A DNA stretch of 64,000 nt from Vitrella brassicaformis CCMP3155 (taxonomy: Eukaryota > Protista > Chromerida), in contig CDMY01000389.1 of assembly GCA_001179505.1 (NCBI GenBank), positions 25,785 through 89,784 on the forward strand, given 5' to 3'. This document shows positions 25,269 to 35,327 of this stretch, in pieces. A model generated the notes under the pieces. The model worked only from the letters and a program-made list of their open reading frames with translations. It made no database searches and was not told where the DNA came from. A program made the position numbers and the translations under genes. Every line of letters starts with the position of its first letter. The first letter of the stretch is position 1.

Positions 25269-28200
25269 ATGCGAGCTCGCGAGGCAGTGGGGAGGAAGAT
25301 CTCAATGAGGAGGCAGGGGCAGAATGGCTCACGTCGACGTTCCCCTAGTCCTCTCTCCCCTCGATGGGTTCGTCGGGGGCGGTCACCGCCGCCCAGATCA
25401 CCGCCGCCCAGATCACCGCCGCCCAGACGGAGAGCATCTCGCTCACCGCCGCCCAGATCACCGCCGCCCAGACGGAGAGCATCTCGCTCACCGCCTCGGT
25501 TCACGAGCAGATCACGCTCAGGCAGACGGAGATCAAGATCACGATCACCGACACCATACGGACGAGGTATGGACAGCTGTCATGTCCACACAGACAGACA
25601 GACCAGGAACGTTCTTTTCTTGTTGTTTCTGCGCTGCTCGTGTGTGCGTCAGACCGTTCTCCCGCTCGAGAGAGGGAGCGCCGCAGGCTGCCAGTGGACA
25701 AGCCCATCGATGTGCCCTGGCTGGCCGAGATTCGTGACGAACACGCTGATCGGTTCACTGTGCTGTCGGTGCCATGGGACTGTCTGAGGAATATCGAGGG
25801 TATGCTGGAGAGGCCCAGCAGAGGGGTGCAGGCATTCTGTGTGGATCCGAAGGTCCCGCTGCAGGTGAGGAGGTGGAGATGGATGAGGCCCGGGGGGGCG
25901 CAACAATTGCGTGACTTGTGTTCGTTGCTTCCTTGTGTCAGCCTGGATCCAAGTTCCACGCGGAAGGCGCGCCTGGCCAAGTTGTCCTCTTTGCCATATT
26001 CGGGCAGAGGTAAGCAAGCCATTCATTCCACCGTGGCATCCGCCACAGCCATGGCCGCCCCGGCTCCCCGTCTGTGCATGTGTGTTGATGCAGTTTTGCG
26101 CGTCAGCTGTTCGCCCTGGAGGTGATGAGACAGGTGGAGAAAGTCCGGTGCGGCACCTACCCCCAGTACTCCGTCCCATACCGGCCTGTCGACAAACTGC
26201 CCGATCTCGACAGAGAGGAGGGCATCATCGAGGCAGAGCAGGACGACAGCAGCATCGCGCCACAGCAGTGCTTCGTCGGCAGTGACTATGTGGGCAACCT
26301 GCTCAAAGCGGCTAAGGTGTTCCAGGACGTTACCAACTGCGCCATCGTGGTGCTGGGGGACTCGGCCAGCAGCGTGGTCATACTTGGTGTGTGCACCCTG
26401 GTGCACACCGACCATTGATTGCTGAGTGTATGTGTGTGCGTGTGTGTGTGTGTGTGTGTGTTCGGCAGGGACTCCAATATCACGGGCATGGTGCATCAAG
26501 CTCCTGTGGGCCAATTGCAGGACGTTTAAGAGGGCATCGAAGGATGATGACACCAGTTTTCCGTCCATCAGAAGCGGCGATCTGAGAGACAGGTACAGAG
26601 CTGTGCATGGCCTCCATCGATCAGGCAGCATCTGTGTGTGTCTGTGTGCCTGCCTTGCTTGCAGACGGTGTGTGCTCCGGCAGGGCCGTGCAGTGTTCGT
26701 CGTATCGGACCACAGGGATGTCGATCCGGACGAGATATTGGAGCACCTGAAAAGGAACAGGGCTGCACTGGTGTTTCGCTGGGACAACAAAGAAGGGTCG
26801 GCCACTCAGATAGACAGACAGGCAGGCAGAGAGACAGACATCCAGACAGGCCGACAGGCAGACGAAATGAAGGAGGGCGGCAAGGACTGGCGGCCGACCT
26901 CCGTTTTATGAATGTTCTGTCCTATTAGGTTGCCCCTGCTTGAAGAGGGTCGTCAGGTCCGTGTTGTGCTGGGCTGTAGGCCGTCCGACGCTGTCAACAT
27001 GGCGCGTCACTTGTTGGACGCACTACCCAACGCGAGAGCCTTCCTCCTGCCGCCGAACCGGTGAGTTGCGCACATACGTTGTCTTAACTCGACATCCATC
27101 CATCTGGTTTTGTTCCTCAGCGATGATCTCCACTTTGAGCCCACGAATGACCTGGTCCCCCGCCCACCAACACAAGCTCCCCCCGGCCCCGCCCCCGCCC
27201 GGTCCCCTGCAGCAGATCACCAGCCCCCGGTGGCCCGTCCGGCTAACCACCCTGACGCCCCCAAGGCGTCTTTCACCCATTCGCCCATCACACCGGCCGC
27301 TGCCTCTGCTCCCCCTATTGCGCCCCAGCACCACCACCGCCCCTCCGGTCCCGGCCCTCCAAGCGCCCGCTCGCGTGACTCAGAGCATCCCCGCGAAGCC
27401 AAGTCCAGCAATGGCGCATACTTCGAGGGCTTCTTCGGCGACTCGCGCGAGGATGGGAAGGTCAAAGAGGAGAACGACGATGAGTACTTCGGCAACTCGC
27501 CCGAGGATGGGAAGGTCAAAGAGGAGAACGACGATGAGTTCTGGGCCCGTGCAAGACAGGCGCCCAAATCAGAAGCCGCCAGCATGGGCGAGGAAGGGCA
27601 AGAGGGGGATGGAGACGAGCAGATGGACAGCGGGGAGGGTGACGATGGCCGAGTGGCGTGGGATGCGATGACGGTCGACGACCTGCACTTCATTCTGTCG
27701 AGCCACCCGTGCCTAGAGGTCAACAAGGTGGCTGACGCTCTCACCACGGGCAAAGTAAGGGGGACAGACCGAGGAGAGAGAGAGAGGGATGACACACTGG
27801 CTGGATGTCTGTGTCTATTTGTCTATCAACAGACAAGCAAGGAGGGCTCATCGTCTTCGGCATCAAGCGGCAGTCTCTTATCCTCTTCTGACTGCAGCGG
27901 CTACACGCCCCAACATCTCCTCGACGATCTCGCCGGCCCCCTCCCTCTCGCACTCCACCTGCGCCCCGCAGCCGACATGCGACACGCGCTTCTTCCCGTC
28001 ACGCGCGTGGGCCCCATGATTACCATCTATTTGACGCTGAGGCAGGTCCGTCGGCTGGCGGAGACGAGGGGCGGTGTCAGCCACGGCGACATTGCGGAGG
28101 TGCTCGAGAGCAGCCGGGAGGGCGATGATTGTCACAATCCTCTGGCTGCGGAGGATGTGTTGGCTGTGGGCGAGCTGTATGACATGCTCAAGACGGGCCA

Positions 28201-28502
28201 GGGGCTGGAGCCACTCGCGGAGCGACTCAAACAGGTGGGTGGCAGATCACAGGCAGCGTCCATCTAGCGAGGTGATGCATTTGTGTGTGTGTTTCTCGTG
28301 TGTATGTTGTCAGGAGAGGTTCACGAGTGTGTCGCTGGCTCACGTGTTGGACTCGCGCCTGCAGCCGGATGAGCAGAGGTGGCTGCGGTCGCTCTTCCGG
28401 ATCGACCCATCGCGACCCAATGCTGAGCTGGCGGAGCCTCTGATGCTGAGCAAGGACGTCTGGAGGCTGCTCTCCTTCCTATACGACGGCGGGGGAGACT
28501 GA
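25269..28502 (+). CDS. RS/RSP-rich, degenerate KH-domain protein with SAM-like C-terminus, copy 2 (complete)
   Basis: RSPPPRSPPPRSPPPRRRAS repeats; KH-like CFVGSDYVGNLLKAAKVFQDVTNCAIVVLG...GTPISRAWCIKLLW; 3' exons near-identical to copy 1; stop at 28502. Confidence 0.65.
25380..25495 (+). repeat. Coding tandem repeat (15-bp AGATCACCGCCGCCC units, encoding RSPPP)
   Basis: Direct repeats visible in the sequence, with a higher-order unit that includes AGACGGAGAGCATCTCGCTC. Confidence 0.9.
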
Positions 28503-29453
28503 CTGCTGTTGATGGGATGGCTTGCAAGAGGGAAAATAGCCGTTGCATGTCAGCGTCGATAGCGCGGTGCGCCAAATGCATTTTTGCGTGTTGATTTATC
28601 GCATTCATGACGTCGTAGGTTAGGTGCGTACATGTATGTATTTGTCATCAGAAAGAAACAAGGACAGAGTAGGTTAGGCTCAATGGCTGGCTGTATGAGT
28701 GACTTCACGTCATGACTCTTGTGTGGCATTTCATCGATTAGATTAGTGGTGACGGCAATCAGCTTCCAGATCTCAGAGGCAATATAATATTCGCAACATC
28801 TCGATATCTCTCACACGCACAGGGTACACGGCAGAAGTCAGTCGAGTGGATGGCTACGAAAGGCAAGCTAGGAGACAGACATGTAGTGGATGAAAGACAT
28901 TTAGAGGATTTGAAATGTACGCTGCGACCCAAAAGCCTGCTCCTGTGTCTCCACCTATGCACCCATCGCCGCCTGCCCACCCACTCGCTCTCGGGCAGAC
29001 TGAGAGGGCAGCCGATGGCCTCGAGGTCCGTGGGGCACCTTCAGCATGTCCTTGCACCCCTACCCTGGCCGTCTTGTCAGCGTCAGATTCTCACTCTCGC
29101 CAGTCTTACGGGGTTTTCCTGCTCGCGCTGTCTCCTGCAGTCGCTGTCTTTTGTCTCCTCGCAGAAGGGCAGAATAGAATTGATGCGGTGGAAAGCGATG
29201 TTACAAGACCATTCAAACATCAACATCCGCATGGCAATAAAGTTAGGATGCACTGACGACCCCCACCGGTCATTGCGTGTACACACACATACACAAATGC
29301 ACTCCCCACACAAACCCTCATGCACCAACAGACAGGCCCTTTCTTTTGCAGAAAGGGCTCGGCTCAACTCGTATGGTTGTGTCTCCATCACATACAGCTA
29401 GTAGTCTACCTAGGGGTCTAGAAAGCCGGTTGGATGATCCATCTGAGAATGCA

Positions 29454-32400
29454 TCAAAACTCGAGAGAGATCAAAGTGTACACGTCAGCAAGATTCCCAA
29501 CACTAGAGTCGAAGTATTTGCCATTTGTCTCCTGCACCCATGGAACAGACAGACAGACAGACAGACAGTCAGAAGAATGCAGGAAACGTTGATGCAAGTG
29601 ACGTCAGGAGATACGATGGTCGATGGAAGGGGGAAAGAAAGAGGAAAACTCACCTCTGCGATTTGGCGAAGATATTCTGTGGCCTCTTCCCTCTGGGCTT
29701 CATTCATATTGCTGAGGTCGAAGCCGACCGTGTATATGTGTACCGCATCAGACGACTCCTGGTTCGGCAGGACGTTGTACACATCCTCCTTGCTAATGTG
29801 CCCAGCGTCCCTTGAGTCCACGCCGTCAGTCATGAGCACGATGTCCCAGGACTTGTCGAATGTGTCGCTGATATTGTTCCTCTTGTCATTGATGAGGTCG
29901 ATGGCGTCCCTCGTGGCGTTGTATAAAGCCGTCGTTGACCCTGAATCATTGAACAGGACAGTGCATGGGGGTCCATTGGTGTGTGGTGCGCTCAACGTTT
30001 GCCCTGTGTCTGTATCGGCTCGCCAGGATCCTACCAATCAAGAGGTCATCGACCTCATTAAGAAGAGCTTGCCTCTTGTCTCTTATCAGCCCTGCAGTCG
30101 TAAGCCGATTAAGGCGCAATTCCCCCTCCCTCCCTTGCATGCGTGTCTCTCTCTGTGTACGCTGCTCATACCTGACTGCTGCTCAAGAAAAACCACCTCG
30201 AAGTTGAAGCGAATGAGATACAGCTTTGTGGAAACACACACCAGGCAAGCGCACTCAGTCGATGAACCTGTCAGCATTCTAGCTTGTGGCCTACCTCATC
30301 ATGGTCCTGCATGGCGCCCAGAAAGTCACGCACGGCTGGCAGACAGGAGACAAGACACCAGCGCACGAATGCTGTGTGCGCAAAGTAAGTAACCTACCCT
30401 ACCTGCTTTCATCTCAGCAGTCTTGGACCCAGTCATAGAACCGGAGACGTCTAGCACCAGCACCACCACGGCGGGCTTTTTGTTGGCCTTCCATGTGGTG
30501 ATGACGGCGTCAATCACGCTTGTGGTGGGGAAGGGCCTGACATCAAAAGCTTTCTGCTCATGCACGTGGCACGTCCGTCATATGAGAGGCTTACAGCTGA
30601 GGCGTCTGCTTGGCCGGTATCACACCATTCTCGAGCAGAAAGGGGGCCGTGCCTGCTCGACAGAGACACAAATGACATGGGCTGTCTGTTCAAAACGCCT
30701 TGATATCGATCGATCGATCGATCGATCGATGACCTGCTGGGGATATTTCCCTCGTTGAATCCCACGCTCTGATGCCGTAGTCCAGCAAGCCATCAGCCCT
30801 GTCTGGTGGGTGTTGCAATCGTGCGAGGGAGGGAAGCATGCAATAGATACAACAATGCCAACTGTGGTATTTATTGGTGGCCAACCCACCCGAGTCAGTC
30901 GCATAAGCGATGAAACTCTCGGCCGCTGCCACCTTTTGTGCGAGCACACTGGTGCGTGGATACCATCGACAGTTATGTGTCTCACCCACCTGTTCGGTGC
31001 TGGTCCACGATGCGCCGTCCTGATGCATCAACACATACGCAGCGGGCAGTCTGGATGATACATGTACCTTGGGCATGGGGCTGTGGATGGAGTGTGGCTT
31101 ACGAGTATGCACAACGGGTGGTCCATGTAGTAGGTTCCGTCAGACGGGTAGATGAAGACAAAATCTGAACAATCAGTGGACAGACAGACAGACCCCCACT
31201 CGTACCACGCTGGCCGGTTGTTTGGTCGGCGTTTTGCTGGCTCACCATCGTTCCAAGCCGCTGCACGGCATTCGTGTTCCACACGCGTTCACAGACAAAG
31301 AGAAGACACCGCTGTCGCCTCCTGCCGCCAGCCAAGTCCGTGTCCGTGTGTCTCACCGACCTTTGGTGTTGTTGTTTTTGTTCCAATTTATCTGCAGCAA
31401 AGTCAGTCAGTGGAGGGACACACCGCTCAGTCAGAACGGACACAACACGAGCCATGGGAAGTCCGTCCATCTTTGGTCACTCGCTCACCACATTGGACTC
31501 ATAATTCGCCACGGCATGCAGATATCCCGGCCCATTCTGCACCATCCTGGTCCAGCCGCACACAAAAGCCATGGATTAATCCAGTCCTTCGAGGAAGCTC
31601 CTTGTATTGTACCTTGCCAGTATATCTGTGTCGATCTGTGCGATGAAGCAGGGACACATATATATGCAGAATTGTCTCCTTCAAGCGACCAATCGACTAT
31701 CCATCGGCTGGGTACCTTCCCCATGTGGGTGACGCCCCTCGCAAGCGACCTGATGTCCTCAATAATTGCAGGATCTGTCAAGCCAGGGGCATAAGTCACA
31801 TGTCTCGTGCGACTGTGTATCCTATCTTTTCTGCATCACCGTTCAGGTCATTTGCCTGCAGCACCTGATCGTCCCCCTTATATGCGTATATGGACGCCAG
31901 AAGGCTTAAGCGGCCGCTGTTGCTGCTCTCGGGGTGGCCGTGACCATACGCAAACCTGCCCCTGCCGGCCAGAGACTCGTTCACGGTCGCCCAGCCACTC
32001 TCGTTCTTGGCCAAATCGGCGATCCGTCTCCAGCTTATGTCTGCATCAGGCCAACCCAGTGCCTCTGCAAACCTACACCCACACAGTGAGACAGGCAAAC
32101 TGCTAACGCCCGTCAGTGGCATACGTGTCTCGGGCAGTTACTTGCGCCACATGGCTAAACCAAGCGGGCTGCCAAAAACAAGAGCACACATTGGATTGGA
32201 TGAGGAGAGGAGACCGTGAATGGTATTTTTTCATTCCTTCTCCTGTGCATTCCATCCTCACTCACATGTTTGTTGTCGAGCTGCACTTGGTGCTGCGCAC
32301 AAAGAAAAGAGACACCACACACGTATCACTCGCACACGCCTAGCGGATGAATGCGCCACCCACCCACTCACTCACTCTATGTCAGTGACGAGGACTGAGC

Positions 32401-33456
32401 CCTCTTCGTTTTTTGATCTCACCCACAGCCTGTTGGCGGGCGACCAGATCTGTGGCAGCAGCGACTGGTCCAGCGTGCTGCCCGTGTGGTGCACCGTCAC
32501 CACCACCTGCTTGTTGTTGACCCTCATACTGGCGGCATTATAGTCATCCACCTGATTCCATCCAGCCAGCCAGCCAATCAATATCCGGCAGATGTGTCAG
32601 CATCTTCTTTCGTCGCACCATTTGCTGCAGCCAGGGCTCTTTGGTGTTTGCTGACTGGATGACAAGGCTTGTTGTAGTGGGGGGGGCCTGGGTGGTGGTA
32701 GTGGTAGTGGTGGTGGTGGTGGTTGGCCTCCGCGTGGTGCTGCGGACAGACGAGGAGCTCGATGACGAGGATGAGCGGTTACCCAAAGCGGCACCAAGTA
32801 TCCCGCCGATGAAGGCCACCATGATGGCCACAGAGAAGAGTGTGAAACACACAATCGCCGCTGGCTTGAGCTTCTGTCGCGACACACAGAAAAGCGCACC
32901 TGGCTGGCTGGCCCATTCATGGTGTACAGAATATATCGCGTCCCTACCTTTCCGTCTGGCGTGAGTATGGTCCTTTTCCAGCAGTCAACGGCACTCTGCG
33001 CCCCACCAGGCGACCCAACCTGCACTGGTTGTGGCGGTGGCGGTTGGGGTGCGGCTGCGTAAGGGCCCTGGCCGTACACCTGCGGCTGAACGCCAACGGC
33101 ATAGGGTGACTGGTACGGCTGCACAAACAAATAGCATACAGACCACACAAATACACATGCATAAAGACAGATGAAAGGCGTATGTGGGGCTTGCAGGAAA
33201 TGACCTGCGTCGCCTGGTATGGCCTTGCTGGTGGCCCAGGAGCGTAGGGCTGCACCTGAGGCTGACCGAACGGCTGCTGGAGTCCGGGCTGGGCAGGCTG
33301 CTGCTGCACGATGATGACGGGCTGCTGCTGCACCGGCTGTGCGGCCTGTGTAGGCTTGCCATTGATGTTGGCGTGGCTGTCAAAGGACGGGGCTGCCCCT
33401 GTGGGTGAGTCATAACCAGGAGGTGGACCCGAATAACGAGGTGGAGCTGACGCCAT
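29454..33456 (-). CDS. Type II membrane protein: P/Q/Y-rich N-terminus, TM helix, Thr stalk, extracellular solute-binding-protein domain and vWA domain
   Basis: TM AIVCFTLFSVAIMVAFIGGILGAALG and a T-run; SBP-like PQIWSPANRLW, EALGWPDADISWRRIADLA, GHGHPESSNSGRLSL, FIYPSDGTYYMDHPL; vWA MIDAS VLVLDVSGSM...GSTTALYNAT...IVLMTDG...HIYTVGF; ends TNGKYFDSSVGNLADVYTLISLEF* at 29454. An alternative in-frame ATG lies at 33531. Confidence 0.85.
30705..30730. repeat. (ATCG)n self-complementary tetranucleotide run in an intron
   Basis: atcgatcgatcgatcgatcgatcgat. Confidence 0.9.
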
Positions 33457-34249
33457 TTCTTTAACAAGAAAGACGGAGAGACCCCCACCAGGCCCCCATG
33501 GCGATCGGCGTCTCTTCGGGATTTTCCTCATGGCGCTGGAAGGCCTCAGGGCTGGGAATGGTCTTAACCGCAAGGATGAGAGGAAATATGGTGGGGAAAC
33601 GGAGACAAACCTGATTGTTGACGCCGGCTGGGTGGATGGATGGATGGATGGCGTGTATTCATTCATTCATTCGGCGTCCTCATGAAGACACTTGGCATTC
33701 ATTTGGACGAGACTAGCATGTGCGTTTGACGGAGGAGGAGTTCTTTGAGCATGGTGGTGTGTCGACGAGCATTGCATTGACGCGATAAGTCAGTCCACGT
33801 TGTATATGCCCGACACACGCGTTGCCCAGCTCAACCAGCCCATGTATGTCAGCAGGAAAGAAAACTCCTCACGCGACGAGCGCCAAAACAGGCAGACATC
33901 TCATCCACACAAATTGCATCCACAGACACGGTCAGTGGCTTGGCTTCCTGTGCACGTGCAGTGTGCGGGCTAGTCGAGAAAGCTATCTCTCTGTAGTGCA
34001 CAAGTGCGCCACTGTCACACACGACATCATATGGTGTGAGTACCCTCGGCAGACCGACACGCAGACAGCCACTCCTTCAGCGCTATGGCAAGACTCATAA
34101 ATACTACCATCCCATCCGTGTGGACACAGATGGATAAAAGAAACCCATAAATGGACGACTGCAGACAGGCAGGCAGGCAGGCAGGCACTCACCCACGAGA
34201 ACACGCGACAAACAGACGGACAGACCTCACAAATACTCGGTATCGACAC

Positions 34250-35200
34250 TAGCTACGCAGGCAATTCAGCTGCCGACACGTTGCGACAGTCCAGTCTAAG
34301 CAACAAATACGCCACCAAGCGCTCCGCCCCGCGCTCCGCCCCGACAGCCATCAGCAAAGGAAGGGCGCGGGCATGGGCGCGGGAGCCCGGGCTGCGGCCA
34401 CCGCTGGGTGCACTGGATGGGCGATCACATAATGGATCTATCGGATGACACCCACACAGACACACAATGAGTGGTCTGCTCTGTTCATTGGGGCACTCCT
34501 TGCCATGTATATTTCTCACTCACTTGCGGCACCGCAGGGTGGGCAGCTTCCCCCTCAGCCTGGGCCCCCACGTCCGCCATATTGACGGGCTCGCCGGCGA
34601 AGGAGCCCCCCCAAGCATCCTCCTGCAGGCAGGCAGGAAGGTAGACATCCGATAGACACGGCCGGTCATGTGGGTGCATTACTGGATTGAACGTCGTGAC
34701 TCACCTCCCGGATCTCAGCCCAGGCTCCCTCCCCGATCTCCTTCCATCGGAAGGCCCGGTCGGCCGATGCGGGTGCTGCTGGGGGCGGCAGCTGCTGCGC
34801 CGACTGCTCATGCGGCAGCACGCAGGTCTGGCGGCGACGCAGGCGGCATGCCTTGGGCGGAGGGGGGATGGCGGGAATGGGCGGCGCCTCGTCATCGCTC
34901 ATGGCTGGCGACACACTCCGGGCGACGGACGAGCTCCCGTCCACGGTGGCGGCAGCTGCCATGATGGGGGTGGTGGGCGGCTGGGGGCTGGGTGGCGAGG
35001 GAGGCGTGGGCAACGCCTTCTCGGCCTTGTCGGCGAGCTGCTGGCGGAGCTGGCGGGTTAGCTGCCGCATATCGTTGATGCTCGCCTGCAGCCTAGTCAC
35101 CTGCTGCTGCTGGGAGGCGACCTGAGGAAATCGGGAAGAGTCCTCTGATGATTGCATGTCGCTCGATGTGAGTGAGAGTCTCTTGTTACCTGTGTTCGAG
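34250..35200 (-). CDS. Coiled-coil/Pro-rich lineage-specific protein exons (paralogue of the ~56430-56720 region)
   Basis: SSEDSSRFPQVASQQQQVTRLQASINDMRQLTRQLRQQLADKAEKALPTPPSPP, followed by GT-AG bounded exons. May be joined to the upstream gene; boundaries uncertain. Confidence 0.45.
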
Positions 35201-35327
35201 AGGCCGCTTCGTTCATGTGGGTCTCGATAAGGCGGCACACAAGCCTGCTCCACACCACACGACACGCATTCATGGCCGCGTGAGGGAGACCCCTCTCTCT
35301 GTGTATGTCGTTTGCTAAGGCACTCAC

